A DNA stretch of 38,131 nt from an uncultured Candidatus Saccharibacteria bacterium (GTDB lineage: Bacteria > Patescibacteriota > Minisyncoccia > GWC2-36-17 > CAYHJU01), in NCBI GenBank assembly GCA_964357175.1, contig CAYHJU010000004.1, positions 1-38,131 of the forward strand, given 5' to 3'. The notes below the pieces were generated by a model. The model ran no database searches. It had not been told where the DNA came from and saw only the letters and a list, made by a program, of their open reading frames with translations. Numbering within the stretch: position 1 is the stretch's first letter; each line of letters opens with the position of its first letter. Below, one piece after another: positions 1 through 10,831 of the stretch. A program made the position numbers and the translations under genes.

Positions 1-159
1 CCCTTTAGAAGAAAAAATTGGTCGCGCGCAAAATCAGAATTGCAAAGAAAGTTTTTCTGCGAGGCAGGCCGCCGCTTTGCGGCGGGGGGAGCGATTGGTT
101 TTAGTTAGAAATTTTTGCTAAAATAGGTTCGAGCGTGGTTGTATAAATACACCAGAATG

Positions 160-198
160 AAAAAGAAAAGGGCGCTCCGTTTTGGAGCGCCCGTTTTT
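160..198 (-). terminator. Intrinsic terminator of the 202-636 gene
   Basis: GGGCGCTCC/GGAGCGCCC stem (170-192) flanked by A- and T-runs, right after the stop codon. Confidence 0.8.
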
Positions 199-201
199 GG
201 G

Positions 202-636
202 TTAGTCGTCGTCTTCGTGGCAGATGGCGAACACCCAGATGCCGTGATTTTGTCCATCGGTCAAGATATTTCTCAGAGTGGCGTTGAGGTTGTTCGTTCT
301 GAAGACATAGATGCTTCCGGCCATCTGAAAGTTGTTGGCAACCCACACCTCATATTTCTTGGCGTAGCAGTTGCCGTCATCGTCCAACGCGACCATGAAG
401 GCGTTTGTGCTGGACAGATCTTCTTCCTCGCAGGTGCCTTCGTACATGCTTCCACACGAAACGGCCTGCCAGTCAATGAAAGCGTCGGCGGGTGGGAGCT
501 TTTCCACCATTAAAGTGTTTATGTCCACCAGTCGTTCCGCGGCCTGGGTTGCCAGTGTCAGCGCGAAAACGAGAAAAAGAGCCAAAAACACACAAATGAA
601 GATCCTGCTTGGCGACAGCTTATTCAAGCTCAACAT
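202..636 (-). CDS. Hypothetical secreted protein (144 aa, signal peptide, 4 Cys in mature part)
   Basis: ATG at 636 preceded by GGGAGG SD; hydrophobic N-terminus ending in an AxA-like site; own promoter TTGACA(720-715)-16-TACAAT(698-693). The track start at 720 lies in the promoter. Confidence 0.7.
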   Translation of the reverse strand: MLSLNKLSPSRIFICVFLALFLVFALTLATQAAERLVDINTLMVEKLPPADAFIDWQAVSCGSMYEGTCEEEDLSSTNAFMVALDDDGNCYAKKYEVWVANNFQMAGSIYVFRTNNLNATLRNILTDGQNHGIWVFAICHEDDD

Positions 637-741
637 CGCGCACCTCCCTTTGAAAGACTTGCCGCCAGAACCCAGCGTCCCAGCTTCCACCCATTGTACT
701 CCTTTTTTAGATTCTGTCAATGGTGATTTGTGGTGTAGCAG

Positions 742-769
742 TTGACACGGTTCATTTTTTGGATAGAAT
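742..769 (+). promoter_or_regulatory. sigma70-type promoter of groESL
   Basis: TTGACA-16-TAGAAT directly upstream of CIRCE. Confidence 0.7.
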
Positions 770-774
770 TCTAA

Positions 775-801
775 TTAGCACTCCTGAAGTGCGAGTGCTA
801 A
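775..801. promoter_or_regulatory. CIRCE element (HrcA operator)
   Basis: Perfect TTAGCACTC-N9-GAGTGCTAA upstream of groES. Confidence 0.97.
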
Positions 802-826
802 GTATAAAATAATTGTAGAAATATTT

Positions 827-1117
827 ATGAAAATACAACCTTTAAACGATTATGTTCTTATAGAGCCACTCAACGCGGAACAAAAACTTAAAAGTGGCAT
901 AGTTTTACCAGATACAGCCGACAAGGAAAAATCCCAACAGGGGAAAGTGGTGGCTGTTGGTCCAGGAAAAATGCTTGAAAACGGTAAGAGACAAGCGCTG
1001 GAAATAAAAAAGGGTGATAAAGTACTTTTTACCAAGTACGGGCCGCATGAAATAAAAATAGAAAATAAAGAATATTTAATTGCCAAAGAAGAAGACGTTT
1101 TGGCGATTTTGAGTTAA
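827..1117 (+). CDS. groES: Co-chaperonin GroES
   Basis: MKIQPLNDYVLI...SGIVLPDTA...GKVVAVGPG; upstream of groEL. Confidence 0.98.
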   Translation: MKIQPLNDYVLIEPLNAEQKLKSGIVLPDTADKEKSQQGKVVAVGPGKMLENGKRQALEIKKGDKVLFTKYGPHEIKIENKEYLIAKEEDVLAILS

Positions 1118-1163
1118 AATTATTTATCAATTAATTTTTTAATACGCTCAAAGTCAGATTTTA

Positions 1164-1183
1164 CCTGCCTGCCGGCAGGCAGG
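1164..1183. repeat. 20-bp palindrome CCTGCCTGCCGGCAGGCAGG (REP-like)
   Basis: Perfect palindrome; related copies at 4697-4716, 13181-13224 and 29259-29274. Confidence 0.85.
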
Positions 1184-1197
1184 GATTTGATTTTTGA

Positions 1198-2871
<1,674 letters not shown>

Positions 2872-2884
2872 ATAGTGAATTAAA

Positions 2885-2932
2885 AAAACCGCCCCACCCT
2901 TTTGGCACAAACCAAAAGGGTGGGGCGGTTTT
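2885..2932. terminator. Bidirectional terminator / REP-like CCCRCCCTTTTGG hairpin, copy 1
   Basis: 21-bp stem between convergent genes; same core at 7874-7911 and 10754-10796. Confidence 0.85.
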
Positions 2933-2939
2933 AATTTAT

Positions 2940-3401
2940 CTAATCAAGAATAACAATATCCGCTGTCTTGATCCCAAAGCGCAAAGCTTCTGCCTCCGAA
3001 GAAAACCAAATGTCTACTTTGTCCGGATGCTTTCGTGCCATACGGTCCTCTACGGTAAAAACCCTGTCTCCAAAAATTTCTGGTATTTTTATTTTGGTAC
3101 CAAAAGGCAAAAAGTTTGCGGCTATAATTCCTGAGCGCACCCATCTGCCAGAAGCGGTGATAAAGGGATCGCTGTCTGTTTGTTCTGGTGTTGAGGAATA
3201 GCCAGTAATGGTTAAAGAGCTTATAACTTTATCACTGATCTCAGTATTTTTTCCTGCGGAAAGTACTTCTTGGATTGCTAATAGTTGTGATTGTGAAGAG
3301 CGGGCCTCTGCATCGTTATTTGCGCCCGAAAAGGTCCATATTGAAGCGTTTTGCGCGCCAAATATGCTCCAAACAAGCGCTAAACTGATAATGTTTATCA
3401 T
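2940..3401 (-). CDS. 3D (Asp-Asp-Asp) domain protein, putative lytic transglycosylase-like
   Basis: TGYSSTPEQTDSDPFITASG...AANFLPFGT...VEDRM...VDIW; N-terminal signal/TM. Confidence 0.88.
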   Translation of the reverse strand: MINIISLALVWSIFGAQNASIWTFSGANNDAEARSSQSQLLAIQEVLSAGKNTEISDKVISSLTITGYSSTPEQTDSDPFITASGRWVRSGIIAANFLPFGTKIKIPEIFGDRVFTVEDRMARKHPDKVDIWFSSEAEALRFGIKTADIVILD

Positions 3402-3513
3402 AAATTGGTCCTTTCAAATTAAAGAACCCCATTGCTGGAGCTCCCTAACATACTAGCACAAGTCTAAACAAAAGTCAAGTTTTTACTGCCCCGCGAGGAA
3501 GTAACGAAACATC

Positions 3514-4665
3514 TTAAAGATCGTATATTTCCAGTGCTTTAAGGACCGTTTTGTTGGTAAGGCCATTAATTTTTTGCGCAAAAGAGAGGACATGGTCTGA
3601 AATAAAGGTTGTGAAACTAAACCCGGCATCATTGCCAGATCCTTTTTTGGTGGATTTGTAGAATTTTACTAGTAAATAAGACAAAATAACCAAGAATCCC
3701 GCCAGCGCTGAAATTAATACAGTGCCCAAGGTACCCGTGCCTGTATTCACCGTTGAAGCTCCGAGCACCACTCCCTCACTACCATTGCCATTTTTATAGA
3801 CCAGCACATTTGTATAGTCGGATGCTATATAGGCAGAGCCCGTGGAAGATTTGACGGAAGCATTGACACCCAAAACAGTAGTGTTTTCTGAAAACGAATT
3901 GAAGGGCGCGACAGATGTTTGAAAAATTAAGTTGTGTTGTGAAGAAGCGCTCAGATAACTCAAATCAATTGATGATATGGATGATATATTTAGTTTAACC
4001 CCATCCAGATAAGCCGAACCGCTCACATAAGACAGTCGAGAGGGCAGGGTAATAAACATTGATCCAATTTTGTTTACAGAATTGTTGTTTATATTCACTC
4101 GAAAGTCGATTACGCGTCCCGGTTGAGAAGAAATCTCTTTAGCAAAAGAAGATGAGGAAATCGCGTCGCGGCTTTTAATGTCTAAGATAAGGTTTGGATT
4201 GTAAACTCCGGTATTTGAGGATGATCCTGCGCTGTAAGTGTTGCCTGAATTTGATGAATTGCCGTAAGAAGGACCCGTATAAGAAGGGTATGAAGAGGAT
4301 CGATCTGTGTAAACCAGCACAGAATCGTAAGAAGTGCCGCCACCATTGTTGTTGCAGGTTATTTCATATTTAGAATTCCTACTTAGTGCAACCGTTTCTG
4401 ATCCGCTCGTTGAGGCGTTGCCGTACCAATCACCAGTTTTGGCGCAGGCATAGACATTTTGTGAGGTCCAGGACAATGTCACAGATCCGCCAGGTGAAAC
4501 ATGCTGAGTGTTGGATGTTATATCAACAGAAGGGCGATTGTATGAGGCAGGATAATGCCAATCAATAGACCATGCTTTTGTGGTATTGGGCAAAACAAAA
4601 ACTCCCAACAAAGAAATTGCGGCTAAAATTATAAAAATATTTATTTTTGAAAATTGTGTTTTCAT
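3514..4665 (-). CDS. Cell-surface protein, probable sortase substrate
   Basis: Signal peptide, beta-rich Ig-like segments, Ser/Gly linker, C-terminal VLGASTVNTG + TM helix + basic tail; directly downstream of a sortase. Confidence 0.7.
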   Translation of the reverse strand: MKTQFSKINIFIILAAISLLGVFVLPNTTKAWSIDWHYPASYNRPSVDITSNTQHVSPGGSVTLSWTSQNVYACAKTGDWYGNASTSGSETVALSRNSKYEITCNNNGGGTSYDSVLVYTDRSSSYPSYTGPSYGNSSNSGNTYSAGSSSNTGVYNPNLILDIKSRDAISSSSFAKEISSQPGRVIDFRVNINNNSVNKIGSMFITLPSRLSYVSGSAYLDGVKLNISSISSIDLSYLSASSQHNLIFQTSVAPFNSFSENTTVLGVNASVKSSTGSAYIASDYTNVLVYKNGNGSEGVVLGASTVNTGTGTLGTVLISALAGFLVILSYLLVKFYKSTKKGSGNDAGFSFTTFISDHVLSFAQKINGLTNKTVLKALEIYDL

Positions 4666-4673
4666 ATTTGTTT

Positions 4674-4835
4674 TTTACCCCCACACCTAATTGGTGCCTG
4701 CCTGCCGGTAGGCAGGCGCGAAGCGTTAAAATTTTGGTGTTAGGGTTGATTAATGTTTAAATTATATAAAAATTGTTAACTAATTTGATTTTGGCTTTGC
4801 AAGAAAGTTTGTATGAATTAGGTGTGGGGGTTTAT
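4674..4835. mobile_element. MITE/REPIN-like element (CCCCACACC family), copy 1, with nested palindrome
   Basis: Inverted arms CCCCACACCTAATT / AATTAGGTGTGGGG flanked by TTTAC/TTTAT; nested CCTGCC palindrome at 4697-4716. Confidence 0.65.
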
Positions 4836-5419
4836 CTTTTTAAATCAGCTGATACGGCTATGCGGATGGAATTTGTGCCTACCGGCCAACAGCTCATTAA
4901 TACTAAATCAGAATTTTGCATTTGTAAAAACTGTATAGATTGTGACGCGGCTTTTATCTGATCTTTGACTATGTACTCGTAATTTTTATTATTATAGATT
5001 ATCGTAATTTTATCTCCAGCTTTTAATTTCTCCAGTAAACTGAAAATGCTACCATAATTTCCTTTGTACCAAGGATACGATGAACTATGTCCGATAATCA
5101 CCATCGTGCCATTTTCTCCCGGACTGACGCTTCCCGGGTAAAGCGCGACGCCTTTTTCTAAATCTTTTTGTAAATCCACCTCCTTTTTGCTTTTAGAAAA
5201 AACTATGGGCGCGGATATATTTAGGGAAGGAATTTTTAATGTGGCCTTGTCGTCCATTAATGATGCGCTATTTGTGATTTGGGGTGTTGGCGTAGGGCCA
5301 ACTTCTTCCGTTTGATCTCCTCTTAAATAGTAATCCGCCCACCTATACAGAGACCCGATATTGAGTAAAATAGCGGTTAAAATGAACGTTATTATAAAGA
5401 TCAGGACAATTCTTTTCAT
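4832..5419 (-). CDS. Sortase family transpeptidase
   Basis: N-terminal TM, LKIPSL, IIGHSS (His), LMSCWPVG (Cys), downstream Arg; ATG at 5419 preferred. Confidence 0.92.
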   Translation of the reverse strand: MKRIVLIFIITFILTAILLNIGSLYRWADYYLRGDQTEEVGPTPTPQITNSASLMDDKATLKIPSLNISAPIVFSKSKKEVDLQKDLEKGVALYPGSVSPGENGTMVIIGHSSSYPWYKGNYGSIFSLLEKLKAGDKITIIYNNKNYEYIVKDQIKAASQSIQFLQMQNSDLVLMSCWPVGTNSIRIAVSADLKR

Positions 5420-5481
5420 CCCGTCTATTATAGCACCAAAAATTAACCTTGTCAACTACTTTTAGGGTTTTTTTCATAAAG

Positions 5482-5507
5482 AAGGCCGCCCCATATGAGG
5501 CGGCTTT
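5482..5507 (-). terminator. Terminator of the 5513-6001 gene
   Basis: GCCGCC/GGCGGC stem immediately after the stop. Confidence 0.65.
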
Positions 5508-5512
5508 ATAAT

Positions 5513-6001
5513 TTAACCGATACCAATATAAATTCCTTTTGGCGCTAAGGGATCGACTTTTACATTTGGTGCGTTTGGACCACTGTAAACTTTGATTTGA
5601 CTATCTGGATGTTTGGCAAAAAGCTGTAGAGTCCACACAGGAAAGCCGTTGCCACGATGCACCGTGCCCAAGATTCTGTATCCAGTCCATGCGATACTTA
5701 GTTTTGCTTTTAAAATATCAATCAAGAATCTCATCACAGCCTCATTTGTGGCTCGCTGAACCCAAGTCTCAAAAGCAAGCTCTCCGTTTCCAGTATGTTC
5801 ATCAAAACATCTGCGCGCGTGATCGTGGTCCCACATAAAACATCTGTCGTGATCAGCGGTGGCAAGAATATCTTTCTCGGTGTATGTGTTGGGGAATTTA
5901 AACTGTCTCAAGAACATCGAGTCGGCCTTGCCAAAAGATCCCATGTTGTCTGGTGTGTAGGGATTGGCCTGCATGACGAACCTATTGCCGGTTGATTTCA
6001 T
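5513..6001 (-). CDS. Hypothetical protein (orphan unit with conserved leader)
   Basis: 162-aa ORF; AAGGAGG SD 4 nt before ATG; conserved leader repeat upstream and terminator downstream. Confidence 0.75.
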   Translation of the reverse strand: MKSTGNRFVMQANPYTPDNMGSFGKADSMFLRQFKFPNTYTEKDILATADHDRCFMWDHDHARRCFDEHTGNGELAFETWVQRATNEAVMRFLIDILKAKLSIAWTGYRILGTVHRGNGFPVWTLQLFAKHPDSQIKVYSGPNAPNVKVDPLAPKGIYIGIG

Positions 6002-6003
6002 GG

Positions 6004-6088
6004 CGCCTCCTTTTCAAAGTTCTCTATCTCCACCGCATCGCGCAGAAGAGATTACAAAAAATGTATCACGATTTGTTTAACAGGTCAA
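6004..6088 (-). promoter_or_regulatory. Conserved ~85-bp leader, copy 1 (promoter, hairpin, boxA-like, SD)
   Basis: TTGACC-17-(TGa)TACATT, ATCTC...GAGAT hairpin, GAACTTTGAAAAGGAGG. Confidence 0.85.
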
Positions 6089-6144
6089 GGCTTTATATTT
6101 TCTAAACCGTTGTTATAATGATAAAGAACAAAATTTTTTAAAAT

Positions 6145-7383
6145 ATGTCTTCTAAAAAATATTTAATCATCGTTTTGGGTGGATTGATCCTAATCTCGGT
6201 TTTGGGAACAGGGTTTTTTTGGGGAGGGTACAAATATGGTCTGAGCAAACTTCCTTCGTCTGAATCTGTCACAAGTGTCGCTAATAAAAACGTTGGTCAG
6301 GTTTCGGGCGTCGATTTCAGCCTGTTTTGGGATACCTGGAAAGATGTGCAGGAAAAATATGTTGGCCGAAAAAATTTAGATGCCCAAAAAATGGTTTACG
6401 GGGCGATCTCGGGCATGGTGAATTCTTTGGGCGATCCTTACTCGGTATTTTTAGAACCACAAAAGGCTAAAAAATTTATGGAAGACGTGCAGGGCAGTTT
6501 TGATGGCATAGGTGCGGAAATAGGTCTTCGTAACGGATTTATAACCGTAGTAAAGCCGCTTGCGGGTTCTCCCGCTGTGCGTGCCGGACTTAAAAGCGGA
6601 GATAAAATTTTGAAAATTGACGGCAAGGACGCAACGACTCTTTCTTTAGATGAGGCGATATCTATGATTCGAGGACCCAAGGGCACGATCGTTACTTTAA
6701 CAGTATTGTCATTAACCGATACAAAGCCCAAGGAAATAAAAATAACGAGAGACACCATAAGCGTTCCGATTTTAACTTATGAAATCACCAAAGATAATTT
6801 TTTGAAAGCGAGCTTAACTGAATTTAGTGAAGATGCTGGCACGAAATTTAATCAAATGGTGCGCCAGCTTTCTGGCAAAGAAGTTAAGGGAATGATTTTA
6901 GATTTGAGAAGCAATCCGGGGGGATATTTAGAGGTTTCGCAGGATATAGCCAGCTATTTTATTCCGGAAGGTCAAACAATAGTGGTGGAAGATTTTGGAA
7001 ATGGTCAGGCAAATAAAACCTATCGCAGTTTTGGATATAAAACTTTTGAAAATATGCCCATGGTCGTTTTGGTGGACGAGGGATCGGCTTCAGCTTCTGA
7101 AATTTTAGCAGGAGCATTGAGAGATAATAGAGGAATTAGTTTGGTGGGTAAAAAAACTTTCGGCAAGGGTTCGGTGCAGGAATTAAATGATTTACCGGGC
7201 GGATCGAAACTAAAAGTTACTATTGCCAGATGGCTTACGCCCAAGGGTTATTCTATCGCTGAAAACGGACTTGAGCCGGACATAAAAGTAGAATTAACCG
7301 AAGAAGATGTCACTGCCGGCAAAGATCCGCAAATGGACAGGGCGATTGAAGTTTTGAAACAAGCAGCCAATGTTAGTAAGTAG
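6145..7383 (+). CDS. ctpA: Carboxyl-terminal processing protease (S41A, PDZ)
   Basis: GDPYS, GIGAEI PDZ, LDLRSNPGG, SASASEI, TFGKGSVQ. Confidence 0.95.
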   Translation: MSSKKYLIIVLGGLILISVLGTGFFWGGYKYGLSKLPSSESVTSVANKNVGQVSGVDFSLFWDTWKDVQEKYVGRKNLDAQKMVYGAISGMVNSLGDPYSVFLEPQKAKKFMEDVQGSFDGIGAEIGLRNGFITVVKPLAGSPAVRAGLKSGDKILKIDGKDATTLSLDEAISMIRGPKGTIVTLTVLSLTDTKPKEIKITRDTISVPILTYEITKDNFLKASLTEFSEDAGTKFNQMVRQLSGKEVKGMILDLRSNPGGYLEVSQDIASYFIPEGQTIVVEDFGNGQANKTYRSFGYKTFENMPMVVLVDEGSASASEILAGALRDNRGISLVGKKTFGKGSVQELNDLPGGSKLKVTIARWLTPKGYSIAENGLEPDIKVELTEEDVTAGKDPQMDRAIEVLKQAANVSK

Positions 7384-7420
7384 AAAGTAGAAAATAGTAA
7401 GTAGAAGTTAAACAAAAAAC

Positions 7421-7864
7421 ATGAAAGTTATTTTACTACAATCAATAAAAGATTTGGGGCAAAAAGGGGATGTTAAAGAAGTAAAAGAAGGATACGGAAG
7501 AAACTTTTTGCTGGCACGAGGCTTGGCCGTTTTAGCTACGCAAGGAGCAGTTTCATCTCGCCAGTCAGAATTAAAAAATTTAGCTGAACATGAAGCAAAA
7601 CTCAAAAAAGACGCCGAAATTTTAAAACAAAAAATTGAAGCGGCACCGCTTTTAGCGCACGTTTCTACCAATGAACAGGGAGTGGTCTTTGGATCAATTA
7701 ACGTCAAAGACATAGCTGACCTTTTGAAAGAAAAGGGAATTGCAGTAGACAAGACGCAACTTGAAATAAAATCTCCTATTAAAAAAATAGGAGAAACTAT
7801 TGTGAAAATTAATCTTTACAAAAACATTAAGGCGGATCTCAAACTAAAGGTAGAGTCCAAGTAA
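7421..7864 (+). CDS. rplI: 50S ribosomal protein bL9
   Basis: MKVILLQ..LG..GDV.EVK.GYGRNFLL; FGSI; PIKKIG. Confidence 0.97.
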   Translation: MKVILLQSIKDLGQKGDVKEVKEGYGRNFLLARGLAVLATQGAVSSRQSELKNLAEHEAKLKKDAEILKQKIEAAPLLAHVSTNEQGVVFGSINVKDIADLLKEKGIAVDKTQLEIKSPIKKIGETIVKINLYKNIKADLKLKVESK

Positions 7865-7873
7865 TAAATAAAA

Positions 7874-7911
7874 CATCCCGCCCTTTTGGTTTCTACCAAA
7901 AGGGCGGGATG
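7874..7911. repeat. CCCGCCCTTTTGG hairpin, copy 2 (probable terminator between convergent rplI and rpmA)
   Basis: CATCCCGCCCTTTTGG-loop-CCAAAAGGGCGGGATG. Confidence 0.85.
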
Positions 7912-7927
7912 ATGTCATAAGATTATT

Positions 7928-8200
7928 TTAAATCACATTGACAACTTTAAAAGTTTTGCGAGAATTATCAAAGCGGACACGTGTTTTTTTAGTAAACTTT
8001 ATAGTGCCATCTTTTCCGGCATATAGAGTATCGTCGCCTCCTTTGCGGACATTTTTTCCGGCTAACCATTTACTGCCGCGCTGTCTTACTAAGACCATGC
8101 CCGCTCTGGCTTTTTCTCCGTCAAATAATTTTATTCCTAAGCGCTTGGATTCTGATTCTCGTCCCAAGCGCGTAGTAGAACCTGCTTTTGTGTGAGCCAT
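7928..8200 (-). CDS. rpmA: 50S ribosomal protein bL27
   Basis: [24 protein letters not shown]...VRQRG...DDTL. Confidence 0.98.
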   Translation of the reverse strand: MAHTKAGSTTRLGRESESKRLGIKLFDGEKARAGMVLVRQRGSKWLAGKNVRKGGDDTLYAGKDGTIKFTKKTRVRFDNSRKTFKVVNVI

Positions 8201-8239
8201 AATTTAATATAGAAAATTCAATTAATATCAACTTGTGGA

Positions 8240-8629
8240 ATGATAAAACATTTTGTATCAAAAATCAAGACATTTGTAAATGAGCGCAGAAAAATGCTTC
8301 TCATGGCCCTTTTTGTGTTTATGATATCTTTAATCAGTTTTGGATTAGGCAGACTAAGCATAGTGGCTCAGCCGGAGTCTTTGGTGATAGAAAACGGTGT
8401 TCCGACGCTTAGCGATGTTGAAAAAATAATGACTACAGGTGGTGCGCAGAGCATTGGTTTGCCCACAGCGCAAAACGGAAATTTTGTCGCCAGTAAAAAT
8501 AGTACATATTACTATCTGCCTACCTGCGCCACAGTCAAAAGAATAAAAGATGAAAATAAAGTTTGGTTTCAAACCGAGCAGGAGGCGCAAAGTTTAGGAT
8601 TTACAAGAGGATCGGGGTGTTTTAAGTAA
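8240..8629 (+). CDS. Membrane-anchored protein with Ada metal-binding-like C-terminal domain
   Basis: TM ending SFGLGRLS; FVASKNSTYYYLPTC...IKDENKVWF...A...G...C. Confidence 0.75.
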   Translation: MIKHFVSKIKTFVNERRKMLLMALFVFMISLISFGLGRLSIVAQPESLVIENGVPTLSDVEKIMTTGGAQSIGLPTAQNGNFVASKNSTYYYLPTCATVKRIKDENKVWFQTEQEAQSLGFTRGSGCFK

Positions 8630-8641
8630 ACTTTCTTCTTT

Positions 8642-8943
8642 TAAACGCTTTTTATCTCTCAGATGCTTGCTCAGATAAAATGACTTTTTTATGATTTTAT
8701 TCGAAAAGACTCTCAATTTCCCCAGCGTGGAAATTTCGCTTCGCTTCTTCCCTCGCTCCTAATATTAAAATCCACCAAATTGGTGGATTTTAATATTAGA
8801 CCCTGCTCGCTCGGTCGAAGAGACTTTTCTTTATAAAATCATGGGGATAATAACTAACGAATAATAATAAAATAAATTCGTTGCGCAAATGTTCGATAAA
8901 AAGCGTTTAGGGGATGTATGGTTTTTCAAAACAACAGTCGCGC
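8642..8943. mobile_element. Nested inverted-repeat (MITE-like) element
   Basis: 15-bp IR 8642-8656/8895-8909, inner IRs, central palindrome 8759-8799; 26-bp exact match (8918-8943) to 28419-28444. Confidence 0.6.
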
Positions 8944-9003
8944 TTATTTGTTTTGTTTTTTAATAAAATCCTAAATATAAAATTAAATACAATTTTAAAT
9001 AAT

Positions 9004-9031
9004 AAAAAACCCGCTCCAGTTTTGGAGCGGG
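9004..9031 (-). terminator. Terminator of the 9065-9256 gene
   Basis: CCCGCTCCA/TGGAGCGGG stem followed by a U-tract on the minus strand. Confidence 0.8.
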
Positions 9032-9064
9032 CACTTCTTTTAAAGAAGTGACACCAAAAAATAT

Positions 9065-9256
9065 TTACTTTGCAAAAGACAACTTTAGAATTTTCGCCCT
9101 GTGAGCGTCGTGGATAGCGACAAATACAAAATACAAAGCAATAATCAGCGAGAGTGTCATAATGTTATAAATATGTAGTTTGTACGCCACCCCGCCAAGA
9201 AAACAAAAGACAAAAGATATCAGCAAACTCAAAAATAGTTTTGCTGTGTTCAACAT
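9065..9256 (-). CDS. Small membrane protein (63 aa, 2 TM; orphan unit)
   Basis: ATG at 9256, 6 nt after GGAGG; two hydrophobic helices; conserved leader and terminator. Confidence 0.7.
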   Translation of the reverse strand: MLNTAKLFLSLLISFVFCFLGGVAYKLHIYNIMTLSLIIALYFVFVAIHDAHRAKILKLSFAK

Positions 9257-9260
9257 GCGA

Positions 9261-9345
9261 CGCCTCCTTTTCAAAGATCTTTATCTTTTCTGCACCATGC
9301 AGAAGAGACTACAAAAAATGTATCACGACTCGTTTAAAAAGTCAA
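9261..9345 (-). promoter_or_regulatory. Conserved ~85-bp leader, copy 2
   Basis: TTGACT-17-(TGa)TACATT, TCTCTTCTGCA-TGG-TGCAGAAAAGA hairpin, GATCTTTGAAAAGGAGG. Confidence 0.88.
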
Positions 9346-9444
9346 ACGCCCCATAAGTGGTATTAATTTTCTAAATCCATTATAATTAAGCTATAATTTA
9401 TAACCTCGCTCCGCCGGCTGGCGGATAGTGAGCTAGAAAAAAAT

Positions 9445-10041
9445 ATGCAAGAAAAACCATTACCGTTTAGTAAAGACTTGGATGGCATCTCTAAAAAAAC
9501 CATAGAGATTCACCATGACAAGCTTTATGTGGGTTATGTAAATAAGTCTAATGAAATAGCTGAAAAATTATCAGTTATTTCCAAGCAGGAAAAAATAGAA
9601 GGCAATGCCACCTATTCAGAATTGCGCGCCTTAAAGGACGCGGAGACGTTTGCTAATAACGGAGTTTATTTGCACGAAGATTATTTCGGCTCCTTAGGAG
9701 GAGACGGAAAGTTGGATGCCACCGGCACTCTGTCTAAGGCCTTGGTAGAAAAATGGGGAAGCGTGGAGCAATTTGTAAAATATTTTTCTGCTTGCGCGAT
9801 GTGCAGCCGCGGTTGGACGATACTGACTTGGGATGTGCGCCAGAAAAAATTGAGAATATTCAATGGAGACGTTCACAATCAAGGCGGGGTGTGGGGTGCT
9901 CTGCCAGTTTTAGCCCTGGATGTATATGAGCATGCGTATTTTATAGATTATGGATCTGATAGAAAATCTTACATCGAAAGTTATTTCAAGAATTTGAATT
10001 GGAAATTTGCGCAGGACGCGTTTGAAAGCTATACTAAATAA
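9445..10041 (+). CDS. Fe/Mn superoxide dismutase
   Basis: IHHDKLY, LHE, LDVYEHAYFIDY metal ligands. Confidence 0.95.
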   Translation: MQEKPLPFSKDLDGISKKTIEIHHDKLYVGYVNKSNEIAEKLSVISKQEKIEGNATYSELRALKDAETFANNGVYLHEDYFGSLGGDGKLDATGTLSKALVEKWGSVEQFVKYFSACAMCSRGWTILTWDVRQKKLRIFNGDVHNQGGVWGALPVLALDVYEHAYFIDYGSDRKSYIESYFKNLNWKFAQDAFESYTK

Positions 10042-10068
10042 GTAAAATTTAAAAAGAAAATTTATTTT

Positions 10069-10731
10069 ATGGATCAAAAAGAAAATAAATGGGTTATGCC
10101 GTTAGCGATTGTGGCCGCTGGACTATTGATTGCCGGAGCCGTGATTTATAGCAACAAAAATTCGTCAAACGGAGACCCTACGGTAAGCGACAATCCGCTC
10201 AAGAGAATATCTATTTTGGGTGACGCAAAGGCGCCGGTGAGTTTAGTGGTTTATTCGGATTTTCAGTGTCCATTTTGCAAGAAATGGCACGATGAAACTG
10301 CCCAGCAAATAATAGATGAATATGTAAAAACAGGAAAAGTTAAAATAGAATACAAAGAATTTGCGTTTTTGGGACAAGAATCTATAAATGCTGCCTTGGC
10401 TGTAAAATGTGCCAATGACCAGGGCGTAGAAAGCTATCTGGATTATCACGATTATTTATTTGATAATCAAAAAGGCGAAAATCAGGGACAATTTTCGATA
10501 AATAATCTAAAAAGATTTGCCGAAAATTTAAAATTAGATGTCGATAAATTTAATAGCTGTTTAGATTCAAAAAAGTATAAAGATGAGGTTCAAAAAGAAA
10601 CAGGGGAAGGTAGGGCGGCAGGTGTCACGGGCACGCCATCATCTTTGATCAACGGACAATTAATTGTGGGAGCTCAGCCGTTTGATGTTTTTAAGAAGGC
10701 GATAGATGACGCGCTTAAATCAAGCAAATAA
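10069..10731 (+). CDS. DsbA-family thiol-disulfide oxidoreductase
   Basis: N-terminal TM, SDFQCPFC, GVTGTP cis-Pro, GAQP. Confidence 0.93.
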   Translation: MDQKENKWVMPLAIVAAGLLIAGAVIYSNKNSSNGDPTVSDNPLKRISILGDAKAPVSLVVYSDFQCPFCKKWHDETAQQIIDEYVKTGKVKIEYKEFAFLGQESINAALAVKCANDQGVESYLDYHDYLFDNQKGENQGQFSINNLKRFAENLKLDVDKFNSCLDSKKYKDEVQKETGEGRAAGVTGTPSSLINGQLIVGAQPFDVFKKAIDDALKSSK

Positions 10732-10753
10732 TTTTTTAAGGTTGTGATTTTGT

Positions 10754-10796
10754 AACACCCCGCCCTTTTGGTTTTTCGCCAAAAGGGCGGGGTGTT
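10754..10796. repeat. CCCGCCCTTTTGG hairpin, copy 3 (probable terminator)
   Basis: AACACCCCGCCCTTTTGG-loop-CCAAAAGGGCGGGGTGTT followed by T-run. Confidence 0.85.
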
Positions 10797-10831
10797 TTGT
10801 TTCATTTCAAAATTAAGTTATAATAAATCTA

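Noticed and set aside
637-720. Track N-terminal extensions (also 9257-9274, 13863-13910, 19426-19443, 21812-21835, 32237-32272)
   Set aside because: They run through promoters, SD/boxA leaders, repeat arms or the T-box terminator; the downstream starts fit better.
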